Notes: generated from the sequence alone by a model not told the origin. Positions 1 through 13,918 are shown, numbered from the whole stretch's first letter. The stretch: 60,484 nt of DNA, filler included, from Basidiobolus ranarum (GCA_040143965.1; 13 parts of 13 records of this genome joined end to end with filler, not necessarily neighbours in it); one strand, 5' to 3'. Numbers and translations: made by a program.

Positions 1-917
1 GAATTGCCGACCAAATCAGTGAGTCAGCTCTAACTAGTGCAACCACTTCTTCAGTAAACAATGTATCTGGGATGAAAGTGGAGATTCCTAACGAACAGGT
101 ATCGAGTCAATCCATTGTTGACTCCGTTTAGTTGAAGTATGGATGGATGAGTCATATCTCGCCCAAATCACTAACGAACATTCATAAAAGAGAATTTTTA
201 ACGATGTCTCGATAAATATTCATGTACATGATTATTTTGGTCAATAAATAGAATAAATCATCATGTATCTCAAGGGGAGGTGAGGAGAGAAGAGAAGAGA
301 AAGAAAGGGATATCACTCCAACTCATAAATATAATAAAATTCCATTACTCAGTACGAAGATATTTTATCTTTACCTTTGAAATAAACGAACGAACTCAAA
401 CCCTAGAAATTCATTCATATTGGGATTCATAAAAGATGTGTGAAAAGTAGTCTTAGTCTAGCTTCGATGTGTGAATCATGATGGTGATTTGCTATCCCAT
501 TAATCTTACCCAAATGTGAATCATCTCTGACTTCTCATAGTGTTCGCAATGGGGACAGTGTGTTGATTGAACATATTATTAGCACATGTTTATGGCTGAG
601 GAATAGAGAAGTGAATATTGTAGTAAAGCAAAAGTACACCATATTGTGAGGGAGGGGGAGGAAAGGGGATGGAGTGTATAGAGAACTGGACTGGGAGTAA
701 TTAGTAAGTCAAGATAGGATTTAGTAGGTGTTAGCATATTTTGTTTGAGAAGCCAAAGTGAAGGAGTAGGGTGAGGTGAATGGGATATGGAAAGGGCGAG
801 AATTTCCAGACAAGTAAATAAGAGATGTGTTCATTACTACTGCTGAAAAGGGAAGATAAACAGTAAGTGTGATCAAGAAGAATACAGTAGTTTCCAGAAC
901 CTATCTATTTAGAAAGC

Positions 918-2245
918 CTACACCGATTGTTGAACAGTGTGTGCGGGGGGCGATTGTCGACGAATTCCTTTCAAGATTTGTTGACGAAGTAGGGGCGTAT
1001 CTATAGGTTTCAATAGCTCGAAGCTACATAACAAATCATCGTTAACATTCATTACTGCTCCATAGTTATCAAATTCACCACAGTAATTGGGTGCGGAAAA
1101 GACTGTCACTAGAGTGCGGCCGTTGAAAAACTCGTATCCATCCTCAACAACCATGTGTGCACGACAAACGAGATCGAGGTCATGGGTCACTAGAAACTCA
1201 TCCACAATGGCTTTACCAAAACAATAGGAGACCCCTCTCTCACTGTCCTCCCATTCAGTAACCGTCTCACTAGGGTCACTCCAAAGAAGGTCATTGAGTA
1301 AGCCATAGTCGGGAACATCAGATGGGCGCTCAATCCTACGGATATCGTCCATATGATTAAGGTGTGGAGATAATCCACCATGAACACAGAAGATTTTGCC
1401 AGCGACTAGGGCGGCAATTGGCAAAGTATCAAAAACATTAACGAAGGTCTTCCAGATCTTAATATTACATCTTCTTTTACATTCGTCGTAGAAACCGTAA
1501 ACTACCGTAGGAAAAAAGCGTACCTTAGTACAACAGACGCAAGAATACACTTACTGATGGAAACAAACAAAATACCTCTGGTAACATTGGCGCACTCGTG
1601 GTTTCCCCTCAATAGGAAGAAATTCTCTGGGTATTTGATTTTGTAACATAGCAAAAGCAAGATGGTCTCCAGACTTTGACGTCCACGATCAACATAATCT
1701 CCCAAGAAAAGGAAATTGGCGGATGGTGGAAATCCGCACATATCGAATAGCCGAATCAGATCCATAAATTGTCCATGGATATCTCCAGCAATCTTCACTG
1801 GCGGTGATAATTCAACAAGCGATGGCTGTGATAAAAATACCTCTCGAGCTGCCTCACAAATTGCGATAATCTCGGAGTTCTTCAGGCATGGCGCTTTGGT
1901 AACCTTTCCAGAGTATCCTGCCTCAAGTAAACGCTGAATCATATCATCAATGTTTATGGATCTTGACTTATCAGCACTCATACGTCCAGATACCGAAATA
2001 ACCGAAGATATGGTTGGTGCAGCAATGGCATCCACCCCCAGATCACCAGCATTTTGGCTACCTCCGGGTCGCATCAAAATCGAATCAAGGTTATCTACAC
2101 CTTGCCCTTTCTCAACATGTTTGGCTCCCGTATCACTATTATTAGTTAGACTGTCGATAAATGGGAAAGAGCCTCTTCGTGTTTTCACCACTGGTACTTC
2201 ACTTTCAGAAGCATTTTTGGATTTTTTGGACGGATTATTTCCCAT
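918..2245 (-). CDS. PPZ1: Ser/Thr protein phosphatase PP-Z (PP1-related); join(918..1501,1576..2245), 417 aa
   Basis: [34 protein letters not shown] and [12 protein letters not shown] motifs. A 74-nt GT-AG intron (1502-1575) restores [17 protein letters not shown]-terminal [10 protein letters not shown] resembles the myristoylation signal of Ppz proteins. Confidence 0.92.
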
Positions 2246-4574
2246 GGTTTTCAACGTGAGAACGAAGTAGGAAATCTGTGTTCATAATTCTTTCTACGTT
2301 AGTGATGATAAAAGGAAGTTCCTTCTTTTAAAGTATTCTTATCTGATAGAGCGAATAAGAAACTTTTAAAACTAACAACGCTAAAACCCAAAGGTGACAT
2401 AGAGAATACACAACTTACTTGGCTATATGATATGCTCTTGCTTCGAACAGTAAGCCAGAATGCTATCTTAGTGGAGGTAAGAAACACACACAGTCACTAC
2501 TGGAAGGTTGTTATACAGTTGGTGTGCAAGACAGAGAGAGTATCAGTAATGGCGGCAAAGTGTAGCTACTTATGAGGTTGTTAGAGAAGAATGTCGTAAG
2601 AGAAAGAAGGGAATGTACAGATGGGCGTAAATAGACTAAAGAAATATACCTAGGGGAGAAAGGGTACACTAACAGGAGAAGGGGGAGGTAGAAATCCCAG
2701 TTATTATTAAAATCCAGTAATGAAATCAAAATCTATGAACGCATATGAATACATCACGAAATAAAATTCCCTATTAGCGTTGCCCAAACAAAGTTTGGTG
2801 ATTATTCCAGTTCTGAGTGACTACTAAAACCTAAGCTAGATATTAGAATGAATCAACACTAACCCTATAAGCTTGAATTAGCACAATCAAGGCTACCAAC
2901 AGAGCTAGTACTTAATGTAGCACAAAATGCCTTTATTCATCCCAGCACAATTCAACAATGGCAGAGGATGGAGATGGCAACTCCGTCCTATTATGCTAAT
3001 ACCGTCTCCATGCCTTTGGATTTTCACAGTGCTCGCTCATCTGCGCTGACGCTTACCAACACATGCTTCGCCATGAAGAGATCCCATTATTTCCGTGTGC
3101 CGAGTTCCTACTGGTTCCTGATGGATTACGCTTGTCTCTGTCTTAAAGTCATTAACAAATGAAAGCTGGCGACATCATCTGATCCTCTCTGTTTATTGTG
3201 CTGGTCACCTCACTCTCCTAGTAGAGATGCTTCTTAGCAGTGCTGAACGATTGGAGCCGCTGATGTACCTGGTCACGTGGATGATGATCAGAGAGGCCAC
3301 TTGGATTTTCGCAGAGACGAACCTACCCTAGGCTGGTGAGTGAGGCCTGTGGACAACGGTGTGTGAGATATGTTACGGAGTGCATGCCAACCAATGATTC
3401 ACTTATCAAAAACTTGACCAGTGAGTATCCAACACCCTAAACCCAGAACACCCTAGTTCTGGCAGTGTTTTCACAACTGATGCTACGATGAAATCAAATC
3501 AACAATCGAAGCAGCCTTGATGTGGGTTGTGGGCATTCATGTACTTGTGCATGTCTAATCATAATATGTATCTCTGGCAAGGGAATCAACTGCTGTGCGA
3601 TGGGAATAAATGAAATAAACACGATCAGCAACCTACCGTCCAGACTAATCCAGCTATGTTGATGTTGATTGATTGCTTAATTCGCCAGTCAACCTCGAGT
3701 CGTGAAACATCTTTATTTAACAGGCGCTGTGGTCTGATTCACCTTTGTATTACCGGCAACATCAGGTAAAGATCAAGTGAGAATGAGATTTGTGTGCAGC
3801 AATGATTAATGGTGTGCACACTGAGAACTACCTGTCTTCACATAACGTATGCTCTCTGTGTTGTCAGCAAGACAAGTGGCTCTCTGTTGGCTGCAAATAA
3901 GGCGTCAACTCTACGTCTCGTATCCACCTGCAAGTACTTCTCTGGCCATTTCTAGGCCAAACGTTTCGATAGTTTGATTCTCAAACAGTGGCTCCTCATA
4001 TCAAATGAAACCACAGAGCCGCATGTGCTAATCAACATTGACATGCTGTGCTACTGATCACTTATCCTTCAGTAGGCCCAACACACGGGAAAGCATTGAG
4101 TTGAGGTGTTGCAAAGCTACCTATACTTGGATGATAATACCAAAGATGATACTGAGTATTACGCCGCAGGAATCCCTCACGCATGGGTCACTACCAAGAC
4201 ATCTTGATGTTGTGATATCGCAGCTGCAATGGATCTATCCCATAGCTACATGGTGTTGAAGATATGAGGACAATGTCTCGTAGCTGATCCTTGATTTATC
4301 TAATACTAAAATGTTTCTGTGACTCCATAATGTCTATATTAGCCCCTTACCATGCTGAGCGCAATGCTGCATTTATCCAAAAGAAGTCGATCAGCTTTCG
4401 CAGTTCAAGTATAGATCTAGTTAAACATGTGAGGATACATCGATATTTTAAGGACAGCTCAATCTATACAGCCTATATGGTATAGTAAAAACTCTTTAAT
4501 GGGCTAATGTCGCCGATAGTATGGATGAACTCAAATTAATTGGTGCCACTGATATCATGGTTTTCAATATCAAT

Positions 4575-4674
4575 NNNNNNNNNNNNNNNNNNNNNNNNNN
4601 NNNNNNNNNNNNNNNNNNTTAATTAATTAANNNNNNNNNNNNNNNNNNNNNNNNNNNNNNNNNNNNNNNNNNNN
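4575..4674. other. Artificial contig linker (N44-TTAATTAATTAA-N44); 12 copies in the window
   Basis: Identical 100-nt spacers with stops in all six frames at 4575, 9247, 13919, 18586, 23251, 27915, 32577, 37235, 41889, 46542, 51193 and 55840. The segments between them never increase in length. Confidence 0.97.
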
Positions 4675-6287
4675 CTGGTGGAACACTTCCAATGATGATG
4701 TATATGCTTATGCAGCATTCTGTGACAAGCAACACACTCTAGATCAAGCTCTGGCATGTCCTGAATCAGAATTATGGGGAAAGCAATGTCTGAAGAGAAT
4801 TCTTCAATTCAGGACAATAAAATATGGGCTTTAAGTCCTCTACCATCAGGGAGAAAGCCAATAAGTTGCAAATGGGTCTACAAAGTCAAAAACCAAGCTG
4901 ATGCAACCACACAAAGGTACAAAGCAAGATTAGTTGCTAAATGTTATTCCCAGACACAGGAGTTGGTTTTAATAAAATGTTTGCTTCAATAGCCAAGTTT
5001 AGCTCCTTTAGATCAATCCTGGCCCTCTCAGCTGTCCATAACCTCAATTTACATCAAATGGATGTAAAACAGCCTTTCTGAATGGAAATCTAGAAGAGAT
5101 CTATATGGAGCAACCAGATGGATTTGTTGACCCAAAACACCTTAATATGGTCTGTAAACTACAATAATTGCTATATGGACTCAAGCAAGCACTCAGGGCA
5201 TGGTATGACAAGATAGATACCTATTTGGAATCATTAGGATTCCAAAAATGCATAGCAAAAAGCAGTATTTACATTAAAACCATTGGAAATAGGCTCCTTA
5301 TCTTCGCCCCATATGTTGATAGCTTGTTCACAGCCACAAATGATCTACAAGCCTATAATCAGACAAAAGCAGCTTATCTGACTGATACGAGTGAATTAAG
5401 TAATTTTCTTGGAATCCAGATCAAGAAAGATAACCTCAATTGGAATACCATGCTGAATCAATTGAGACACATCCTACATAACCAAAAATGCTTCAACATG
5501 GAGAATAGCAAGCCTGTATTAATGCCAATGGATCCCACTGTGAAAATAATCAAAATTTTATACAAATTGGCTCAAAATGACTCATATCAAAGCCAGGATT
5601 TCCTTGTCAAAGCATAGTGGGTAGTTCAACATACACAATGGTTGAAACACATCATGACATTGCTGTGGCAGTGGAACTATCAGCCAATATCTCAAAAATC
5701 CAGGATCTGAGTACAAAACTGCAGTAAAACAATATTCAGGTATTTGAGAGGAGCTGTAGGTCTAGTTCTGGCTTACTCAGCCACTCCTTATGCACAAAAA
5801 TTTGAAGGCTACCATGATGCAGACTGGAGAAGAAACCTTGATGATAGAAGATCAACAACTGGGTACACTTTTCTCTATGGTAATGGAGCCATAACTTGGA
5901 GTAGTAAGAAGCAACCAACCATGGCACTTTCCACTACAGAAGCAGAGTATATGGCTGCCTCTACTACCACAAAAGATGCTATTTGATTAAGGAAGTTATT
6001 TACAGACTTAGGATACATGAAAGACATGCTATCACTATATTTCAAGATAATAAAAGTTGTATTTCATTTGCTAAAAACCCAATATTTCATGCTGGAACCA
6101 AACATATAGATATTAGGCATCATTTTGTTAAAGAAGCAATTAAGAATGATATACTTGAACTGGTCTATTGCCCTACTAAAGAAAGAATTGCTGACATTTC
6201 AACCAAACCTTTAGCTAAAGCACAATTTGAATAATCAAAATATAAGTTAGGTTTAAGAGAAAAACAAAATAATTAGTTCAGTGGGAA
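4675..6287 (+). mobile_element. Degenerate Ty1/copia pol (RT + RNase H)
   Basis: CKWVYKVK..RYKARLVAK, LYGLKQA.RAWY, DADW..RRSTTGY, ALSTTEAEYMA and TKHIDIRHHF motifs with frameshifts; polypurine tract AGTGGGAA just before the LTR. Confidence 0.93.
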
Positions 6288-6637
6288 TGTTGAAATTAGG
6301 TAAATAACAGCTCATTATTTAGTAGTAAGTTTATTCATATTCTGATTATTTAGTACTTAATTCTGTCATTGAAAAATGTGTGTTTATCGCTCTAATTGAT
6401 AGAAATATTAATTAGATCACTTTTATCAATTTTCACCATTTTTCAAAACTTCTCCAAATCATCTCAAATTTTCACCCATGCTTAACAGGCACATTTATGA
6501 TGATCTAAGCATGTCCAAAAGTCCTATTTCCTAGTAAACTATAAATAGGACCTATGCAATCCAATATACTTAAGTGTCAAATTCACAAATCCAAATTTTG
6601 TACATAATACTTCCAAAGTACCTAAACACTTTTATAA
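6288..6637 (+). repeat. Copia LTR, family A
   Basis: Starts TGTTGAAATTAGG right after the PPT; homologous to 20604-20954 (minus), 23149-23250 and 57452-57702. Confidence 0.8.
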
Positions 6638-9246
6638 ATAATTGTATAGAGTCAAGGTCAGAGCCATCAATAATGCAATATGTTGGAGCTAGGCTTTTAA
6701 ATAAGCAATTAAGAAGTTCTAACTCTCTGCAACATAATGCAGAACAGGCATTGTGTGGAGCTGTAAAATGTCCAACAGGCTTTACTAATGATGCCCCTTA
6801 TAGGAAACCAATCATCTGCAAGTATTGCAAGAAACCAGGCCATTGAATCAAAGAGTGCAGAAAAAGGATTTTTGCCAAAAAGCTAAAATTAAAACAAGTA
6901 AATCAAGTAGGCACTGATAGGGATCACCTATTTGTGTCTGCCCTATCTGTAACCACTAAAGAAGACTCATATATGTGGTACATAGATTCATGAGCTTCCC
7001 AGCATATGTCAAACAAGAAAGATTGGTTATCCAGTTTAAAATCCATCCAAAAAAGGAAAGTGCACTTAGATGATGACTATGCACTAGATGCAGTTAGTAA
7101 GGACACAATTGTGCTCAATTTAGACTAAATTTCATATACATCATCTGCAAAATTGGAAGATGTACTCTATATACCAAACACAGACAAGAATCTACCCTCA
7201 GGAAACCAAGCAACAACTCAAGTACTACATTTTGTGTTCAACAAGGCTCAATGCACTATCACAGATCCAAGCAGTGCCTGATTAGCTACTGGGATCAAAA
7301 ATCAAAACTTATACCAGCTAGAAATCTTCAAATTGAATTCAGAGTAAGGATATTCTTTCTCATATCAAAAGCTGAAGCCTAAGCTACATTCAAGCACTAC
7401 AAAGTAATGGATGAGAAAGAATTAGCAAAAAAAATGAGGCTACTAAGGAGTGATAATGATGGAGAATACTGCTCTAAAGACTTTGCTAGTTTTTGTTTTA
7501 AGTATGCAATGAAGCAACTGATTGCTGTACCTTATACTCCATAGCCAAATGGAGTTGCAGAATGTGCCAGTAGAATCATAGTGGAGATGGCAAGTTCAGT
7601 GTTGGATGATCACAAGTTAGATTCCAATATTGGGCTGAAACTGTCTCCACTTCAGTCTATATCAAAAACAGTTGCCCAAAAAAATTTCTTGATATGAAGC
7701 CCTATATGGATCAAAACCAAGTGTGAATCATCTCAGGATCTTTTGTTGCACAGCATACTGCCTAATTCCAGCTCAAACAAGCTCTAAATTGGAACCCAAA
7801 AGCAGAAATTGCATATTTCTTGGTTAATTTGAAGGATCTAGAGCCTATGGACTGTTTGATATTAAAATCAGAAGTTGTTAAGTGCAGAGATATATTTTTG
7901 ATGAAAAGCAAATTTTACACCTGAAAATACCATTCTTGATATAGAAAAATGATCAGCACCATTCAAGAAGTGTCTGACAAATTTCTAGCTGTATCTCAGC
8001 CATATTCAACCAAAGTTCCAGTCCCAATTACATCAGAGGATGGTACAGGACTTTGAAAATTGCCAAGAAGGAGCAATAAGCCAGAGAACTGGTGGAACAC
8101 TACCAATAATGATGCATAAGCCCATGCAGCATTCTGTGAAAAGCCACAGACCTTTGATCAAGCTCTGGAGGGTCCAGAATAAAAATTATGGGAAAAGCAA
8201 TGCCTGATGAGTTTACTGCACTTCAGGACAATAAAATGAGTTAAGTCCTCAACCCAAAGGGAGAAAACCAATTGGGTGTAAAAAGGTCTACTAAGTCAAA
8301 AACTGTGTGGATGGAACCACAGAAAGATACAAAGCAAGATTAGTTGAAATAGGTTATTCCCAGACTTCTTGAGTCAATTTTAATGAAACATTCAATCCAG
8401 TAGCCAAGTATAGCTCCATTAGATTAAACCTTCCACTCTCAGCAATCCATATACCTTGATTTATATCAAATCGATATAAGAACAGCCTTTCTGAATGGAA
8501 ATCTACAAGAGGAGATCTATGTGGAGCAACCAGATATATTTGTTGACCCACAACCCCCTGATATAGTCTGTAAACTGCAATAATTTCCATACAGACTCAA
8601 GCAAGCACCCAGGGCATAGTGCAAAGATCAAAACAGCCAGAAATCACATCCTTATCTTGGTACAATATGTGGATGACTTTATCATAGCCACAAATGCTCT
8701 AAAAGCACTGAATCATATAAAAAGCAGCTTATCAAACTGATTTTAGATGACTTTTTGGGTGAATTAAGCAATTTTCTTGGATGCCAAATGAAGGGAGATA
8801 CCAAACAAGAAAATCATGCTGAATCAGTGTAGATACATTCTGGACATCTCAAAATGCTTTAACATGGAGAATAGCAAGCACATATCAACATCAATGGATC
8901 CCAGTGTGAAGTGAATCATTATTCTATCTAATTTCTTCTAAAATGACCCAAACCAAAGCCAGGAGTCCCCTTATCAATCCATGGTGGGTAGTTTAAAGTA
9001 AACAATGGTTGGAACATGTCCAGACATTTGCTGTGACAGTGGTAACTGTCAGCCAATATCTCAAAAATCCAGGATCTGAGCACAAGACTGTAATAAAACA
9101 AATATTCAGGTATTTGAGAGGAACTGTAGATCTAGTTCTGCAATACTCTGCCACTCCTGATGCACAGTAGTTGAAGGCTACAGCAATGCAGACTGGGGAA
9201 GCAACCTGGAGGATAGAAGATCCACAACTGAGTGCACTTTTCTCTA
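6638..9246 (+). mobile_element. Second degenerate Ty1/copia copy (gag zinc knuckle, protease, integrase, RT, RNase H start)
   Basis: CKYCKKPGH*IKEC, WYIDS*ASQHMS, LRSDN..EY, PYTP*PNGVAE, then RT and RNase H sequence paralleling 4675-5880; many stops. Confidence 0.9.
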
Positions 9247-10313
9247 NNNNNNNNNNNNNNNNNNNNNNNNNNNNNNNNNNNNNNNNNNNNTTAATTAATT
9301 AANNNNNNNNNNNNNNNNNNNNNNNNNNNNNNNNNNNNNNNNNNNNAAAAGCCACACAAACACCACAAGCACCGTCAGTAGCATCACACTACAAGGATGT
9401 TCATAACTAGTCAAAGTGCTTGAGGAGTATTTTCAAAAGTAAGAAGGGAAAAACACACTGCAAATATGTAGAAAGTGGCTTCAGAAGAAGAACATTCAAC
9501 TTGACATTCAGTCTGGTGTTGACTGTGCAGATATCTGGGAAGAACTTAATACAGAGTGGCACAATTTTGCAGGGTATCTGCCACATAGCTGGAAGAATGT
9601 TGATTCAGCAACATTAATACAATGGTGGGCTTCAATGGAGATGTTGACACAAACTAATGTTGGGTATGAGCTAAACCTTGGGTATGAAGAACTCTATAAA
9701 AATATTCAGGAGAATATATTGAAGAGACTAGGGATTTCAAAGGTGACAAATTAGCGTTCAAGTGGTAATTGCGTAAAATTCGAGTTACGTTTTTTGCACA
9801 TGTGTTATGTAATTAACCGGCAGGTGGGATGTGGCTAACTTGATGCACCTAATGTTTGATGGAGTCTGCTATATGTACTTTCCTGGGGCTGGAAATAATC
9901 CGGTTGAAATCCTACAGTGGATTGGATCCAATCATCGCACTTGACAGTCGAGAACCCGCAAAGAGAACAAATCTAGTGAATGACCACTCGCAATAAGTTT
10001 GATACTCACGGTAGTTATTAAGTTACTGTGGTAACCATATTGAATAATCGATGCTTCCATATCATCATATATATTAATTTTGCCTACCTAATAAGGCTAT
10101 GTCCGATGGCTGACTGGTCTATTGGTCACCAAGTGTTCTACTACCCATTGGATAGTCAGATGATCTGGTCGGTCGAGTTCCCTTTCCTATCCACCAGCTA
10201 TATAAGGTTCAGCAGAGTTCCCATTTCATCCTAAATTCTGTTTTACTTCACGATCCACTCTGTGCGTCCTGATATCGCGTAAAATCGCCTCTATTCACCT
10301 CTTGCTTGTTCTA

Positions 10314-10889
10314 ATGACTTGTGCTGTTACTACTTCGGTTCTATCCGACTCTTGGGCTCCTTTGGCAGACAACTTGATCGGTATGTACATAAACTTAGAC
10401 TAGCCTAAAATCGAAGCAGCGATTTATCCAATTGATTTATTCATAGGTTTCACTACTCAATCGGTCGACTCGTTACTAAACTGCCCTACATCTTCAGCTG
10501 ATGGAGCTCAGTCGCTTCCTTCACTCTACCAGTTTATCCAAGATACTACCACTGTTGCCAGGATATCCCCAGAGATTCTAGTTGCTAGTTTGGTTTATAT
10601 CGAGCGCTTTAAGGAGTCTTTGCCCGTTGGGTCCAAAGGGGAATACGGAGCTTGCCACCGGATCTTTTTGGCTGGGATTCTGATTGCGAGCAAATTCTTG
10701 GACGATAAGCCTCTAACCACTGCGAAACTTGTACAGGTGATGGGTAATCGATGGAGTTCGAAAGAGATTAATCGGATGGAGCGAGCATTTTTGAATTTCC
10801 TCCAATTCCGGCTCTGGGTAGACTCAGAAGAGATATATACTTATATCGCCAAAAATGGGATTGAGCTCGACTTATCAGCGTCGATTTAA
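10314..10889 (+). CDS. Pho85-type (PCL1/2-like) cyclin; join(10314..10380,10447..10889), 169 aa
   Basis: A GTATGT...CATAG intron gives a continuous frame LPSLYQFI...ASLVYIERFK..LP...CHRIFLA.ILIASKFLDD...EINRMERAFL.FL.FRL, typical of the PCL cyclin box. Confidence 0.85.
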
Positions 10890-13217
10890 TTCCGGTTGTT
10901 GTACAATAACTCTTGTGATGTAATTTTGATCCTGGTTGATCTACTCTTGATTGTAAATTTTCTTCTTGACTGACAACACCGTTTTTTGTATGAAGGCCAT
11001 TTTGGTTTGGGCTTGACATTCCATTTGTTTCATTTTTCAAGTTGGGTTCTGTACACTTCATTTTCAACTAGTCACTTAATCGTTTAAATTTTGGCGGACA
11101 CAGCGAGTATCTTAATGTTTCTTAATATGCGTATCGTTTTCACTACCATCTGGTGTAGCTCTTGTCTTTTTCTGATTGTATTCTACTAAAGCTGCATAGA
11201 TAGATCGTACCTCTGATCTCCAGCCTGCACTGGTATTACCTCCCTTCCTTAAAGCTAATTAACTTTTGGAATAATATGATAATAAAGAATTGAATTAACT
11301 CGGAATGATGTCAATCGGTTGCACGGATCGGCAGTGATCAGCCTGTGGTGATCTGTCGTAGCCTAGATTGCACTCTGAATTGGGTATAAACTCAGTTTCG
11401 CCTGAGATGCCACACCTGACCCTTTGATCCAATAGTTACCCACTCCTGCAAAGATTACCATCGGTACTCGCACACCAGGAGTGAGCCCTCCTAAGACTAC
11501 CATGTTGCCTGATGCCCATATCACAAGGCCCAAGAAATGCATTCATTTCGTGAGAGCATACTGAAGCATTGTGTAGAATAGGAGATGAAATCAAGGGAAG
11601 TTCCCCTAGACATATTGTATCCACAAATAAGAGATGGATGATGATCTGAGTTCTAGATACAGTAAATTCGTTGGAACTGAGTGAATCCATTTTCATTAAC
11701 ATGTCTCTAAATGGACCAAGTCTTCAACAATAGGATCCATGCATCGGTATTCTGCTTCTCACATAATCAACTGAATGCGACATAATTCGCAATAGATAGG
11801 ATAGAATGGTTGGTCGTGGGAATCGAGAGAAGGTAGGTTTCCAAACAACAAACAGATCGGTTTAATTCAAATCTCTCCCCCTTATCCTTCTCTGCATCTT
11901 TCCGCTTTCACCTTGAAACTCCTATTCAATGGTTTCATCAATCAGAGACTGACTAGCTTGGGTTTGCTTGTAATCGAGGTGGACTCGTATATTTTAGACG
12001 GTCTTCCCAATAAGAGGATCTATTTGTAAACAATTATGTAATAAGAATGAATAGGAGGCTTGTCCCCAACTAAATCATTTACCTTTAAGTTCAAACTAGC
12101 GACTTACTCACCACACGACTAAGTGAGTGGAGACATCGACAATAGTGAAAAGGTACATAGATACACTGCGACCTTAGCTTCTTCATCACCATGCAAAGTG
12201 ATGCAGCATTTTGAGCTTGCTCACTTGACTTCTCATCAATACATAGATCATCATGGGAAAGGTGCTGGGGTTGAAACCACGGATGATCGAATGAGCACTG
12301 TTCCAAAACTTACCATGAACTAAGAGGTGGATCGTCAACACACCTTCCTATTTTACCTAGTTCTTTGAGGGACAGGGGGTGTTCCAGTATCGTCATTTGC
12401 TTATCAAAGGCATTGATGGTTCATACACCTAACCTCTAGAATTATCCTCAGTTAATCAATCACTTTTACCTCCTCTCTCTCCTTTCCCCTAGCTAATCAT
12501 AAATGAAAGATCAATTAAAAAGAAACTTATCGAAACAATAGGATGCCAAAGAATATCATTTATCCTAGAAAAGGGAATTGTTTTGGCAACATTCGATCAT
12601 CCATCTGAAATTCCATCACTTATTGATTTTAGCATTACTGATAATGTGCTATATCGATTGCTCAAGTTACATCGTAAAAGTTTAATATACCGAGAGTGTG
12701 AGAGAATAAATCTATGTAGCGGAGTTAAATCATCAGATTACCTGTTGAAAAATGGTTGTCTTGTATACACCTAATTGAAGTTCGCTTAATGAGCTAAATC
12801 CTATAGGAATACATTCCCAAAATATTAAGAGAACGAAGTATGTTAATCTTCAAGGGATAGAGGGGGTCTATTGCGTTCCTAACAACAGAGTAATGCATGT
12901 TGTACATCACTCGAGGAACGGTATCTAAAACCATCCCCTTTTAGTCATTATCAGAGCATTAAGATGAACCACAAGGTTAACGAACCCCTTACTTCCATTC
13001 TTAAACCCAAATTTTCCAAACCTAATCTTTATAAATACGTCGTATCATCTTTTCCGGTTATCATACAATCTTGCTATAGTTGAGAACATCTCTTCAGTAA
13101 GCAAAATCAAACAACAATCCATTCCATTCCATATTCATAGATACCTTCTCGGTGACAATTCATTAACTCATTCTAAGATACCTCTTCTTCGTTTCATTGC
13201 AAAAAAATTTCATCAAT

Positions 13218-13918
13218 ATGCTTGCGTCTAAAATCTTCTCCGATGCTGTCATTGCCTTTTGTATGATGAGTACAATTGCCCATACTTTCGGTGAACGCGG
13301 TTTAGACAATTTAGAGTTGATGAAAAGACAGGATACCATGACTGGTCGGCCTAATCAATTCAATCAGCTACCGAACAGTCAAGATGTTGATTTAGCTACA
13401 TTGATAAAGAATGAATTGACTCAAGCAAATGTCCTACCTGAAGGACAGGAAAAGCAACAAGGGCTGATCCAAGAGATCATAAATACTGTTAAAAAAAGAG
13501 GTCAGGGAAGATCATCTAATGATTCAAAATCTTCAAGTTCCGAGAAGGACGCAGTAAAGGAAATTGTTCAAGCGTTGATGAAACTCAACAAAAATGGGAA
13601 AAATATACAAAAACGTCAGGCAAAATCGGACCCACCTGAAAGTGTTCTTAAGGCGAAGATATTAGCCGCCTTAATTAGACGGAACTTGCTTCCAAAGGAC
13701 TCAGCCAAGGCCACAGACCTGATAGAAGAAGCGTTTCAAGTTCTACAAGCAATTCGAGGATTATCTCCTAAAAAGGACGATATGAAGAAGGACGATATGA
13801 AAAAGGACGATATTAAAAATGACGATATGAAAAAGGACGATATGAAGAAGGACGATATGAAGAAGGACGATATGAAAAAGGACGATATGAAGAAGGATGA
13901 CATGAAGAAGGATGATAT
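13218..13918 (+). CDS. Putative secreted precursor with KR sites and a C-terminal (MKKDD)n tract; 3'-truncated by contig end
   Basis: Hydrophobic N-terminus MLASKIFSDAVIAFCMMSTIAHT; MKR|Q and QKR|Q dibasic sites; frame stays open into the repeat. Confidence 0.75.
13770..13918 (+). repeat. 15-bp coding tandem repeat (ATGAARAAGGAYGAY), about 10 units
   Basis: Directly visible; synonymous variation between units preserves KKDDM. Confidence 0.95.

Noticed and set aside
2900-4574. Possible decayed coding sequence upstream of PPZ
   Set aside because: Short ORFs only; no motif I can assign without a search.
13770-13918. CRISPR-like array
   Set aside because: Contiguous 15-bp coding repeat with no spacers; no cas genes; eukaryotic context.
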